This document shows, in pieces, positions 31,342-41,816 of a DNA stretch of 64,000 bases. The position numbers and the translations under genes are program-made. The stretch covers positions 1 through 64,000 of the forward strand of contig CAVXYC010000001.1 of the NCBI GenBank assembly GCA_963765765.1, written 5' to 3'. Numbering within the stretch: position 1 is the stretch's first letter; each line of letters opens with the position of its first letter. The notes under the pieces were generated by a model. That model did not search any database. It was not told where the DNA came from and worked only from the letters and a program-made list of their open reading frames with translations. The DNA is from an uncultured Chloroflexia bacterium (GTDB lineage Bacteria; Chloroflexota; UBA6077; JACCZL01).

Positions 31342-31737
31342 TTTCGGATTGTGACCGCGGTTCCCCGACCCGGGACGCTATCGATCGTGAGCTCATCCAT
31401 GAGCCGCCTGGCGCCAGGCAGTCCCATGCCCATACCACTGCCCGGATGTATATCCGTCGCGCAGCGCTTCTTCCACATTTTCGATCCCCGGGCCTTGGTC
31501 CGCCACGACGATCTCAATGCCCATCCGCTCGCCGTTCAAGGAACGAATGTAGGTTTCACCCTGACCGTTCGTGGCATAGCGCACCACGTTACGGGCAAGC
31601 TCCGACACCGCCGTAGCGATTCGACTCTGGTCAACCATGCCGAATCCTAGAGACCGGGCCACCTCTCGCGCGCGCTGACGAGCCACGACGATATCCTGCT
31701 CAGATTGAATAGGAATCCGTTCTTCAGCGGTTGGCAC
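31326..31737 (-). CDS. rsbT: RsbT switch kinase, frameshifted near 31440
   Basis: DIVVARQRAR..GF..DQSRIATAVSELARN, DQGPGI, GMGMGLPGARRLMDE. Confidence 0.9.
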
Positions 31738-32113
31738 TGCGAAGGCGGAACCGATCCTGGTCCATCCTGCGCTGCAGGAGAGCCAAACCCTTCTCAGAAT
31801 TGAGGGCCGTGTGTACGCCTCGAAGCTCCAGACCAAGCTCAACGAGGGTGACGGCGACAGAGGGCTGAATGCCGGAAATTACCGTTTCAGCTCCAAGAAG
31901 TCGGGCGCCCATTGCAATCTCGTTGAGCAGCCTGCCCAGGAAGGAGTCCACAGTTTCAACCGCTGAGACATCAAGAAGCACGCCGCCAGCTGCCGTACGT
32001 TCGAGCGCACCGTTCAGGTCCTCCTGAAGTACCAGAGCATCATGGTCGTAGAGCTCCTCGGTGACGCTCACGATCAGGACTCGTCCAACCTTGATGATCG
32101 GGACTCGTGCCAT
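31724..32113 (-). CDS. rsbS: RsbS STAS protein
   Basis: RVPIIK, LLDVSAVETVDSF (conserved phospho-Ser), GIQPSVAVTLVELG; own GAGGA RBS. Confidence 0.9.
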   Translation of the reverse strand: MARVPIIKVGRVLIVSVTEELYDHDALVLQEDLNGALERTAAGGVLLDVSAVETVDSFLGRLLNEIAMGARLLGAETVISGIQPSVAVTLVELGLELRGVHTALNSEKGLALLQRRMDQDRFRLRSANR

Positions 32114-32599
32114 TAAATCGTCCTCGGTGTCGTTTTCCAGCCGGGTCCTGGACGCGCGCCGATTCTTCACTTCGAAGCCCAGACGATCAAACGCCAGCTC
32201 TAGGCCCTTGGCCATCGTGACTCGTGTCGTCACGCCCGAGAGATCCAGTCCGAGGTGCACGAGTGTCAGCGCCGTATGTGTGGAGACGCCGACAATGAGC
32301 ACCTCTGCGCCCAGCAGCCGAGATGCTGCTACCGTCTCCAGCAGGTGTTTGGCTACCGCGGTATCAATGACCGGTACGGCGGTGATGTCCATGATGACGA
32401 TCTCCGAACCCGTGGCCACGATCTTGTCGAGAAGCGCCTCATTCATCTCCTGTGTTCGAGCGGTATCCAGGCTTCCGACAATTGGGAGTGCCAGGATGCC
32501 TTCCCAGACCTGGATGACCGGAGTCTGGAGCTCGCGAATCGTTCGCCTCTGCTCCTCGATTTGCCTTTGGATGCCTGTGCTGTCGCCGCCACTCACCAC
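32113..32599 (-). CDS. rsbR: RsbR-like STAS protein lacking an N-terminal sensor domain
   Basis: IRELQTPVIQVWEGILALPIVGSLDTAR, DITAVPVIDTAVA (both phospho-Thr conserved). Confidence 0.88.
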
Positions 32600-32602
32600 C
32601 GC

Positions 32603-33697
32603 TTACTCCTTCGCACCACTTCCCTCAATGGGTATCCAGACGCGCAACGTGGTTCCTCGCCCCGGCTCACTCTCAATGTCGATGCGCCCCTGATGCGCCT
32701 CAACGAGGTTCTTGACAAGGGATAAGCCCAGACCGAGACCACGGATCTCCATTTTGCGAGCCTCTGGTGCCCGATAGAATTTATCGAAGATCCGATCCTG
32801 AACATCTGCCGACATCCCGATACCGGTGTCGGAGACCTCAGCCCAGGCGAGGTTCTGCTCGCATCCGGAGCGGACCTTGACACTGCCGCCCGGAGGCGTA
32901 TACCGCACGGCATTCGATAGGAGATTGCCAAAGGTACTGAGCAGAGCATCCTCATTGCCCCACACCATGACCTGCTGGGGCGCGGGCTCGAAGTGAATGG
33001 CGACCTCGTCTTCTGCGCCACCCACAGCGGCCCAATCACACGCTTGCTGCAGAATGCTCGTGAGGTCCTGCGGACCCAGCACCAGCTCCGGCGATTCATC
33101 GCGACTGGCTTCCACCAGGTCCGCGCTCAGCCGCGAGAGGCGATCCATCGCTCGACGCGCCGCTTCCAGCAGCCCGCTTGCGCCCTCGGTCTCGCCCCGC
33201 GTCAACATGCGGCGCGCCAGATCGAGATTGCCGCGGGCCGCCGTGAGCGGCGTTCGCAGTTCGTGTGCGATCACCGCCAGCAGCTCGTCCTTCTGATGAC
33301 CCAGCCGCTCAACGTCTAGTACGCGTTGATGCTGCTCCTCGGCTTGAACATCGGCATCCTGCATGCTCTCTTTCAAGCGCAGCTCGAGGAACTCCTTAAA
33401 GTGCACGCCATACGCGATCATGATCTCCAATAAGAACTGCTGGGCATCGATCTCGGCCCGTGCGCGGTCACGATAGGTCTTACCTGACAGTACGCGATCG
33501 AAGCTCTCGAAATGGAGTGCAATGATGTCCTCGGGGCCGAGGCCGCCATCGATGAACTCCTGGCTCAGCAGCGACACCCGATAGAGATCTTCCTCACTAC
33601 GAGTTTGAAGATACGTGGCGAGGATCTGTTCGTACGCGTCTGGCCCGCCTAAGGACTCGCTTCTCTCGCTGGCATTCTCGAAGTGATCCGTTGTCAT
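32603..33697 (-). CDS. histidine kinase with N-terminal RsbU_N-like domain
   Basis: N-term YEQILATYL..SEEDLY..LSQEFI..LGPEDIIALH..FLLEIMIAYG; IAHELRTPL, NLLSNAVRYT, DTGIG, GLGLGL. Confidence 0.88.
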   Translation of the reverse strand: MTTDHFENASERSESLGGPDAYEQILATYLQTRSEEDLYRVSLLSQEFIDGGLGPEDIIALHFESFDRVLSGKTYRDRARAEIDAQQFLLEIMIAYGVHFKEFLELRLKESMQDADVQAEEQHQRVLDVERLGHQKDELLAVIAHELRTPLTAARGNLDLARRMLTRGETEGASGLLEAARRAMDRLSRLSADLVEASRDESPELVLGPQDLTSILQQACDWAAVGGAEDEVAIHFEPAPQQVMVWGNEDALLSTFGNLLSNAVRYTPPGGSVKVRSGCEQNLAWAEVSDTGIGMSADVQDRIFDKFYRAPEARKMEIRGLGLGLSLVKNLVEAHQGRIDIESEPGRGTTLRVWIPIEGSGAKE

Positions 33698-33997
33698 GGG
33701 CCTTCTTCTTCAACCGGATCTCTGTTGGGCGTTTCGGCCAACGGAGGTCCAGATTCGAGCTCCTCCTGTCCCGACGCGATGTGATTGCCTATCAGGCGCC
33801 ATGCCCGTCTCTGACGGCCCGCATTGCGCAGTCATACGCACAACGCTGACCGGAACGATGCATTGAGCCGGCAGCGATGCAAGCCATTGTACGCGTAGTA
33901 GGTCCGTTTTGATAATCGAAGCCGCTCGCTGCGCCGACTCAGGCTGAGTTGCCGGCCATTTGCATCGCGCCAACAACCACCACGAGCCAACCTACAA

Positions 33998-34240
33998 TCA
34001 TGACAAAGACATTAAAACCAGCCGAACCCAACCGGTGGGCGTACCCGGGTCTTCCGGCACAGCGCCGCGCTCAAAGAACAAAAGGTTTAGGAAGTACGAC
34101 GCTGGGTGTGAGCAGGCGTAGAGGCCGAGCACAATACCGATAGCGCCATCCAACATCGCATGGCCGAGAATGCCGTGCCAGATGTAGAGCAGTGCCCCGT
34201 AAGTCGCGGCAATGACTACGCTCCACAACCGCTCTTCCAT
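33998..34240 (-). CDS. small membrane protein
   Basis: Two hydrophobic segments; GLYACSHPA motif. Confidence 0.45.
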   Translation of the reverse strand: MEERLWSVVIAATYGALLYIWHGILGHAMLDGAIGIVLGLYACSHPASYFLNLLFFERGAVPEDPGTPTGWVRLVLMSLS

Positions 34241-34566
34241 CAGGCCTCGCACTATACCGAGCGCGTACTCCGTTGCCCCTCATATCGAATGGGCCGGGTT
34301 TATTGCCGAACGTTTGTGACGCGAGGCGCGTCCAGCCACGAGTATAGTGCCGCTCTCTAGGCTATCATTCCATTAAACTTCAGGATCCCGCGGTCCTGTT
34401 CTCGAGGCTAGTGGCCCGGTCCTGCCGTGGACTCTCCATCGGGCCGCGCCCCGTATAATTACAGTTCCTGATCTGGGAAGATTCACACTTAGCCGATACG
34501 GAACAAGTGTAGTCCGCACTTCCCCATCTGCATTCCCCGCAGCGCCGCCTGCACTGAAAGCATTCC

Positions 34567-36390
34567 TTGGCTAACTATGTCCGGCTTCTCCTGCTGACCG
34601 TCCTGCTCGTAGGGTGCTCAGCGGGCCCCGCCACCATGACCTCATCAAACGATAACGAGGATAGCGTTGTCTCGGAGCTGCATCAGCGGTCTGATCGCAC
34701 GGAGGATCTGCATTGGCTTCGGTCCATGGCTGGAGACCATCCATGGTTCGCCGAAGGCAACAGTCGATCAAGCGTCATCGAGGAAAAGTACCGCGCTTTC
34801 AATAGCGGCGATCGTGCCCGAATTGCGCGCATGAACGCGGTGCTCTCCGCCGAAGCTCAGACACGGGCCAGCCTCGTGTTGACCCGCTGGATGAGTCAGC
34901 TTGATCCCGAGAACGGCCTCCTACCCAAGGGCCGGGCTTCAGAAGACCGAGTCTGGGATTATGCCGATACCAGCGCAGATCTTTTTCCGCATCTGCTCAT
35001 CGCGGCCACACTGATTGACCCCAACAGCGCCGCGGCACTTACAAGGATCATCGCCACCGAACGTGCGATGTCGAGCGCCCTGGGGCTGCCCGAGAATATC
35101 GACCTGAAGACAGACAAACCGGTCAAGCAAGATCTGGAAGATCGTATCTACGGCTCGGTGGAGTACGCCAAGGATGGGCTTCTGCCGCTTCTGGAGCGAC
35201 TGGGCCCCGGGCCATGGTCAGACCGATTGCTGGATATCGCACGGCGCGTGGACGCCGCGGGAGTTGAGACCACTCGCTTTGGCAGCATTCCATCCGATTC
35301 AAGCGAGGTGAATGGCCAGGCACTGCAAGTGCTGACGCGCGCATACTGGCTCACCGGGGATGAGCAGTTCACACGCAGCGGTGCGCGTATAAGCCGCGCC
35401 TACCTTGACCTTGCATTGCCCTCTACAGGAATGATCCCCGGTCGCACCTGGGATTTCCGTCGAGAGACGGCGAATACGCAACACGCACAGCTTCGAGACC
35501 ACGGTAATGAGGTTGTGGCCGGCCTGGTGGAGTTTCACTTGATCGAGTCTACCCTGGGGATGCCCGAGATTCAGGAGCGGCGCCAGGACATTCGAGACAT
35601 GCTCGGAGCGCTGTTGAGGCTGGGCCGTACGGACGTTGGGCTCTGGAAGAGCGCCATCGATTTCCAGACTGGCGAGGCGCTCAAGGACACCATCTCGGAC
35701 AATTGGGGCTATCTGTTTTCCGCCTATCTCACTCAGGCGATGATTGAGGAACGATTTCCCGGTGGTGACCTTGAGCTTGCAGCCACCTATCGGGCTGCCA
35801 CCAAGCGCGGGCTCAATGCCGCGGCGAACCTCGACTTCTATCCCTGGCAGGGCATCGAGCAGGATGGCTATGCCGATACCATCGAGAGCGCGCTGTATCT
35901 CATCGACCAGATGGCTGCGCCACGCGCTGAACGTTGGATTGATCGTCAGGCGGGAACGCTTTTTGGCGCACAGGATGCCACCGGTCGAGTGGAAGACCGG
36001 TACCTTGACGGTAACTTTGTTCGAACCGCGCTGCTCTATTCGGGCTGGCAGAGCCAGGGCGTGCGGGCGGATCCGTGGGAGCCAGGAGTCCTACTGGGCG
36101 CCGTGCCCGATGGCGATTGCGTGCAGCTTGCGCTCGGCTCGGGGCATCAGTGGGATGGGCGGATTGTCTTTGATGCACCCCGCCATCGGACCATCCTCAA
36201 TCTTCCCATGTCGTACCCACGCCTGAACGGCTGGCCTGAGTGGTTTACCGCGGAGACGGATAGCGTCTACCGTGCGAGCGATCTCAGTGCTGGTACAGCG
36301 CGAGAGATGACTGGCGCGGAGCTTCTCAGCGGGGTTCCAATGCAGCTTGAGCCCGGCTCAGAGCGAGACTGGCGCGTTTGCCCAGCCTGA
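34567..36390 (+). CDS. hypothetical lipoprotein, possibly alpha/alpha-toroid fold
   Basis: Lipobox LVGC; long uninterrupted ORF; motifs EYAKDGLLP, LRDHGNE, SDNWGY, DGYADTIES, DGNFVRT. Confidence 0.75.
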   Translation: MANYVRLLLLTVLLVGCSAGPATMTSSNDNEDSVVSELHQRSDRTEDLHWLRSMAGDHPWFAEGNSRSSVIEEKYRAFNSGDRARIARMNAVLSAEAQTRASLVLTRWMSQLDPENGLLPKGRASEDRVWDYADTSADLFPHLLIAATLIDPNSAAALTRIIATERAMSSALGLPENIDLKTDKPVKQDLEDRIYGSVEYAKDGLLPLLERLGPGPWSDRLLDIARRVDAAGVETTRFGSIPSDSSEVNGQALQVLTRAYWLTGDEQFTRSGARISRAYLDLALPSTGMIPGRTWDFRRETANTQHAQLRDHGNEVVAGLVEFHLIESTLGMPEIQERRQDIRDMLGALLRLGRTDVGLWKSAIDFQTGEALKDTISDNWGYLFSAYLTQAMIEERFPGGDLELAATYRAATKRGLNAAANLDFYPWQGIEQDGYADTIESALYLIDQMAAPRAERWIDRQAGTLFGAQDATGRVEDRYLDGNFVRTALLYSGWQSQGVRADPWEPGVLLGAVPDGDCVQLALGSGHQWDGRIVFDAPRHRTILNLPMSYPRLNGWPEWFTAETDSVYRASDLSAGTAREMTGAELLSGVPMQLEPGSERDWRVCPA

Positions 36391-36567
36391 TCCCTGATCG
36401 CCGCATCGCGACGCGCTTGTTATCGCCGCCGGCCGGACTGTCCCCATCGTGCGATCCCGCACCACGTTCAGTGAAATGGCACGCTTTCTGCTATATTAGC
36501 GCCGAGTCGCTTCACCAGCTCGATCGACAGCGATCGCTGGTTGATCAAGCGGATGTGAGGTGTAGGT

Positions 36568-36831
36568 ATGGGCATACTGTCGTGGATCATTCTGGGGCTC
36601 ATCGCGGGTTGGCTGGCCGGACAAGTCATGAAGGGCGGCGGGTACGGACTCGTCGGTGATATTGTTCTTGGCATTATCGGTGCCATCGTTGGTGGGTTCC
36701 TGTCGAGCGCCATTTTCGGATGGGATGTCTCCGGTATCAATATCTCTAGCATCCTCATTGCGTTTATCGGTGCTTGTATCGTGATCGGGCTGTCACGCCT
36801 AGTGACAGGACGACGAGGCGCAAGCGTCTAA
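36568..36831 (+). CDS. GlsB/YeaQ/YmgE stress membrane protein (second copy)
   Basis: WIILGLIAGWLAG..GGGYGLVGDIVLGIIGAIVGG. Confidence 0.92.
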   Translation: MGILSWIILGLIAGWLAGQVMKGGGYGLVGDIVLGIIGAIVGGFLSSAIFGWDVSGINISSILIAFIGACIVIGLSRLVTGRRGASV

Positions 36832-36852
36832 ACTTCTAGCAACGAAGTAAGT

Positions 36853-36890
36853 AAGAACGGGCACCCAAAGGGTGCCCGTTCTTCTTGTTG
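36853..36890 (+). terminator. intrinsic terminator
   Basis: AAGAACGGGCACCC-AAA-GGGTGCCCGTTCTT followed by a T-rich tract. Confidence 0.85.
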
Positions 36891-37191
36891 TTTCCTTTGT
36901 GTTGTTCTCGCGACGACCGCCACACAGAGAAATGACCCTACCCAGCCCGCTCCGCTGCGGCAGGTGGCAGCGTGTTTAGTTCGTCAGAGAATCCGGCTGC
37001 TTCATCACCGCAGCGGGGCGGGCTGGGGTCGAGGCTCCTTCCGTCAAGCCCTACTCGCCATCTACCCCGAATTACGGTACGGTGGTATCCTGTGCTCCGC
37101 CGCCCGCAACATCGTAAGCAAGGACGCTCTCGAGCCAACGAACGACCCAGCTAGCCGTTTGCGCTTTTGCGTCCCCAACGGAGGGTCACTG

Positions 37192-38581
37192 TTGTCATTG
37201 CTCGATGCTCTTGCAAATCTGGTTCGTCCCCAGCGTCCGTTAGCCGCCGGTGGTTCGACTGAACCAACTGCTCCTCCAAATGCTTCAATGATCTCGTCAA
37301 GCGCCTCGTCCGGGGCTGACCTGCCCGTGACTGGCGCCGTCGATGCCGCGGAGCCGACCACAGCGGAAGAAGAGGAAGGTCCTTCTCCTCGCGAGGCCCA
37401 GGCGATGCTTCAGCTAAGCAACGTCTCTCACGGCCTGAACCACTTCCAGAATCAAATGATGGCGATGCTCTATCCGTCCATCATGGCCGAGCTGGGCATG
37501 ACAAACATGGAAGTGGGCATGCTGTCCGCCGTGCGCGGTGTGACCAATAGTGTCAGCCAGGGCCTGTACGGATTCGTGACGCCTTTTGTCTCGCGCTGCA
37601 AGATCCTCGCCTGGGGCAACTTCGGCATTGCCATCGGGACGTTCATGAGTGCCATGGCCGGTAGTTACCCCATGATGGTGCTCGCTCGTAGCGTCGCTGG
37701 CACGGGATCCAGCGCGCAGCACCCCGTTGGGCTACAGCATCCTTGCCAGTTACTTCCCTAAGAACCGCGGCTCTGTGATCGCGATCAACACCAGCGCATC
37801 GAACGTTGGCACGCTGATAGCCACGCCCGTTGCCACGGCCATGCTGCTCATCATGGGCTGGCGTGAGATCTTCTATATCGTTGGATTCCTCAGCGTCATC
37901 ATGGGCGTGATCTACATCCTGTTCAAGGACTACGGCGCCCCGGACCGCACCGGCTCGAAGAGCGCGCGTATGGCCGCGGGCTTCAAGAGCTACGGCCGGG
38001 TTCTCAAGAACCGCAACATGATGATTATCGCGCTGGTGTTCATGGTTGGCGCCGCGGGGAGCGAGGGCGGAATCAACCAGACGTACTTTGCGCCGCACTT
38101 AGCCAACGACTTCCTGTACGGCTCGCTCGTTGTCGGAATACTCATGACCGCGATTGGACTAGGAAGCGTTGGTGGCCCGATCCTCTTCGGTTGGCTGTCA
38201 GACCGCATGGATCGTGTCCACGTGCTTCAGACCTCGCTCGCGCTTTCAATCGTTACTACGCTCTGGGTGGCCTGGATTGGCCCTGGCGAGGCGCTGCTTT
38301 TCGTGAGCCTGTTCATCTACAGCGCCGTCACGTCATCGCGCGGTACGCTGACTCAGGCTATCGTGGCGGACGAAGTTGGCGATCAAGATCGCGACGCAGC
38401 ATTCAGCCTGTATTTTCTGCTGGGCTTTATCTCGCAGCCGTTCTGGGTGCTGCTCACTGGCTATCTGATGGACACGCAGGGCTGGGGTGTTGCCCTCTCG
38501 CGACTAAGCGTCTCGTACATCGCTGGCATTATTCTGCTCTTCTTCATCCGCGCACCCGAGAAGAGCGCAGAGAAGGCCTAA
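37192..38581 (+). CDS. MFS transporter (Fsr-like), frameshifted near 37730
   Basis: SHGLNHF, GSSAQHPVG, FPKNRG, GWLSDRMDR; multiple TM segments. Confidence 0.88.
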
Positions 38582-38816
38582 CAGAGCAGAGGCGTCTAAG
38601 TAAGGGCGAAGGCTACTACGGGCAGTTGCAACGCAATACAGTCTGGTTGGCGCCAACGATTGCTACGGAGTTCTCCACATGGAGTTCCTCATGCTTGACT
38701 TGTGGCAGCACCACGCGCCAATATCAGTCTCTTTTGTTTGGTAGTAAGAAAAGCTGTCCATTGACGGCGACCGCAACCGGCGCTGCCCGCGACATACGAG
38801 CTGGCAGCATCCACGT

Positions 38817-39239
38817 TCATCGCTCGGTTGCCATGGACCCAGGAGTGGCGGCCCACCGCCCCTGCACCGGGATCGCCTCGTTCGGCCCCGGCCAGGGCGG
38901 AATGGTCGTAATGATAAAGGTGAGCGGCAGGTCGCCAATGGTACGGAACTGGAATTCCGTGCCGAGGGGAATCGTGAGCGCCACGCCGGCGTGCACCGGA
39001 GTCACCTCCTCGTGGCTTCCCGATCTGCGCCACACCTCACCCACTCCGCTGAGAAAGAACCACGTCTCTTCAACGGTCTGATGCCGTACCGCCTGGGTGA
39101 CAGCGCCTGCCGGGAGCGTGCAATGCACGGTGCTCGCCCCATTTACCTCAGCGAGAAGCCGAATTTCCGAGCCATCTGGAGCGAGGACATCGTAGGCAGT
39201 GGGCAACGAGCGAGTCTGCCACGGGGACTCGGCGGCCAT
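38817..39239 (-). CDS. cupin domain protein
   Basis: APDGSEIR, HQTVEETWFFLSGVG, IPLGTEFQFR, PPWPG. Confidence 0.88.
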   Translation of the reverse strand: MAAESPWQTRSLPTAYDVLAPDGSEIRLLAEVNGASTVHCTLPAGAVTQAVRHQTVEETWFFLSGVGEVWRRSGSHEEVTPVHAGVALTIPLGTEFQFRTIGDLPLTFIITTIPPWPGPNEAIPVQGRWAATPGSMATER

Positions 39240-39244
39240 GCGCT

Positions 39245-40282
39245 CTAGACCTGAGCGACCTTTACGTCGTTGACCGCGGAGAGCTGTATCCCCAGCTCAC
39301 TCCAGGAATCACCGGCGTCCTCACTTCGGATCAGCTCACCTCGGCGAAGACCAGCGTAGATGTGATCTGTCTGCTCAGAGTCGTAAGCCATGGCGCTGGC
39401 GAATGGCTTCTGATCTTCTGGCAGGTCCGGTTGGAGCGGCTTCCATGTCCGTCCACCGTTGGTGGTTCGAACCATTTCGGCCCGCGGCCCGCCGTTCCGC
39501 CATCCACCCGGTGCGCTCTTAGCCAGACAGGTCACTAACGTTTGTGGGTCATGGGGATGCATGGCCAGGGTGGCCGAATAGGTCTGCGAGAAATCCATCG
39601 CCTGCGGCTGCCACGTCTCACCGCCGTCATCGCTGCGATACAACGACTTCCCTGGGGCATTTCCGGCGCGCACGCCCGCCCCACCGGTGGAAATGAACAG
39701 CGTATCGGGATTGGATGGATCGAGGACGATGACGTGGACGTCCTCATCCAGCCCATTGTCCAGGGTGCGCCACGACCGGCCGCCGTCGGTTGTCTTGAGC
39801 ATGTAGCCGACCTGCAGGGCAAGGTACATGGTGTCATTGTTCCTGGGATCGATGGCGATGCTTCGGATATGTGGCTCAACCGTGGAAACGGGGTACACGA
39901 CGTCCGGCACGCCCTCCGTCTCGCGCACGCTATCGATGCGGTCCCATGACTTACCGAGATTGTGGCTGACGAATAGCTCGATAGGCTCTCCGCCGGCCCA
40001 GAGCGTGTTCGAATCATGAGGATCGAACATCAACGAGGTGACTTTGCCTGGTCCGGGCTTCCCATACGAGGGTTTGGTCCAGGTCTGACCACAATCCTGA
40101 CTGAGCCACACACCATCACCTCGCGTGCCAGCCGCGACGATATTGGCCGACGTGGGCGAAACGGCCAATTCTCTGATAGCGAACGGTGCAAGCGCATGCG
40201 CGCTTTCAGTCCAGCCACCCGAAGATTCCTGGGTCAATGACACGAATCCATCGCCTGTTCCGCAATACAGCATCGTCGTCAT
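39245..40282 (-). CDS. BNR/Asp-box repeat beta-propeller protein
   Basis: Repeated S.D.G.TW motifs (SQDCGQTW, TTDGGRSW, SDDGGETW, SEDAGDSW). Confidence 0.88.
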   Translation of the reverse strand: MTTMLYCGTGDGFVSLTQESSGGWTESAHALAPFAIRELAVSPTSANIVAAGTRGDGVWLSQDCGQTWTKPSYGKPGPGKVTSLMFDPHDSNTLWAGGEPIELFVSHNLGKSWDRIDSVRETEGVPDVVYPVSTVEPHIRSIAIDPRNNDTMYLALQVGYMLKTTDGGRSWRTLDNGLDEDVHVIVLDPSNPDTLFISTGGAGVRAGNAPGKSLYRSDDGGETWQPQAMDFSQTYSATLAMHPHDPQTLVTCLAKSAPGGWRNGGPRAEMVRTTNGGRTWKPLQPDLPEDQKPFASAMAYDSEQTDHIYAGLRRGELIRSEDAGDSWSELGIQLSAVNDVKVAQV

Positions 40283-40361
40283 TCGTTGGCACCTCCGCCC
40301 CTGTCTATCGGCCACACAGTACCACTGATCCAGCGCTCTAGCCATCATGCCCCGGCTTGCG

Positions 40362-40739
40362 TCAATGCTCGAGGCTCTCGACCAACGCCTTTGGCGCCTG
40401 GCAGCACCACCCGTTCGTAATGATCTCCCTGAGCTCATCGGTATCGACTTCTGGGAGTCTGACGAGTATCGCCGGGAAGCCTTCATAGTGCGGCTCGGTG
40501 AAATATTTGGCTGAGTCCGAAGCGAGGAACATCTTCTTCTCGTCCAGGTCTGCAACTCTTACGGCGATGACATCAGGTCGTGGCACACGAGGCTTCTTCG
40601 GTGTGACGCGCTCCATCCATACCCAGGCGAAGCCCTTTAGCTTCGACTTATTTCGCACTGAGAACGCAAAGTGATCGTCAGCCTCCTCCGTCTGCGGCAG
40701 AGAAAGGGCGATGCGGCGAACGTCGTCCTGGTCAGCCAT
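40362..40739 (-). CDS. MmcQ/YjbR family protein
   Basis: DVRRIALSLP, YFTEPHYEGFPAILVRL, ELREIITNGW..QAPK. Confidence 0.85.
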   Translation of the reverse strand: MADQDDVRRIALSLPQTEEADDHFAFSVRNKSKLKGFAWVWMERVTPKKPRVPRPDVIAVRVADLDEKKMFLASDSAKYFTEPHYEGFPAILVRLPEVDTDELREIITNGWCCQAPKALVESLEH

Positions 40740-40777
40740 ACGTGCTCCCTCAGGAGATCCTTGCATCTGCCGCGGCG

Positions 40778-41791
40778 CTATTCGTCACCCTCAGAATGAG
40801 CAACGCGTAGCATCGCTGCGCCGTTGACGCGGCCATGCTTCAGATCCTGCAGCGCTCGATTCGCTTCAACAAGGGGGTATTCGCTGATCTCGCTGCGAAT
40901 CGGGATGTCTGCCGCAAGCTCGAGAAGCTCGCGAGCATCCTGCCGGGTGAGGTTCGCCACGCTACGCACAGTTCGCTCGTGATACAAGAGCTCGTACGGC
41001 AGCTCAGGGATCGGGCTCATGTGAATGCCGGCCAGCGCCAGTGTTCCTCCTGGTCGAAGTGCCCGAAGGGCAAGAGGAACGATCCAGCCGGCGGGGGCGA
41101 AAATGATCCCGGCATCGATCTCAGGCGCAGGCTCAGCATCCGCGCCTCCAGCCCAGACTGCGCCAAGGTCCCGTGCGAGCTGACGATGCTCCTCCGAGCG
41201 CGTGAAGACGTACGGCTCGATCCCCTTATGGCGGGCAATCTGGAGTACGAGATGCGCCGACGCGCCGAACCCGTACAAGCCGAGTCGCTCGCCAGGCTGT
41301 ACCTCGGACAATCTCAACGCCCGATACCCGATGGCGCCGGCGCAGAGGAGCGGCGCAGCCTGGTCACTAGTGAATGTCTCAGGAATTGGCACCGTGAAAT
41401 CGGCGCGTGCCACCATGTACTCCGCGTATCCGCCATTGGCGGTGTAGCCATTGAATTCGGCCTTTTCACACAGGTTCTCCAGGCCGCGTCGGCAGTAACG
41501 GCAAACGCCACAAGCAGAGCGCAGCCAGAATGCCCCGACCCGCTCGCCGACCTGTCGGTCCTGTACGCCTCTCACGGCGACAATTCTCCCCACTACCTGG
41601 TGGCCTGGTGTCACCGGGGTGAGTCGCGCGGGCAGGTCACCCTCCACTACGTGGAGATCTGTATGACAGACTGCACACACTTCGACACGGATGACGACTT
41701 CTCCAAATCGTGGAACGGGCCGCGCGACGTCCACTGGAGTGAGGGGCGACGTGTCTATGGAGTTCGGTGGCGTGGCACGCATACTCAGCAT
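40778..41791 (-). CDS. zinc-dependent alcohol dehydrogenase family protein
   Basis: CAVCHTDLH, PGHQVVG, CGVCRYC..LC, APLLCAG, GLYGFGASAH. Confidence 0.92.
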   Translation of the reverse strand: MLSMRATPPNSIDTSPLTPVDVARPVPRFGEVVIRVEVCAVCHTDLHVVEGDLPARLTPVTPGHQVVGRIVAVRGVQDRQVGERVGAFWLRSACGVCRYCRRGLENLCEKAEFNGYTANGGYAEYMVARADFTVPIPETFTSDQAAPLLCAGAIGYRALRLSEVQPGERLGLYGFGASAHLVLQIARHKGIEPYVFTRSEEHRQLARDLGAVWAGGADAEPAPEIDAGIIFAPAGWIVPLALRALRPGGTLALAGIHMSPIPELPYELLYHERTVRSVANLTRQDARELLELAADIPIRSEISEYPLVEANRALQDLKHGRVNGAAMLRVAHSEGDE

Positions 41792-41816
41792 GACGGCGCC
41801 GTTCGGAGTAGCGAGA

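Noticed and set aside
31724-32599. RsbR-RsbS fusion (double STAS)
   Set aside because: An internal GAGGA RBS and TAATG stop/start overlap at 32111-32115 suggest separate genes merged by a 1-nt indel. Reads are needed to confirm.
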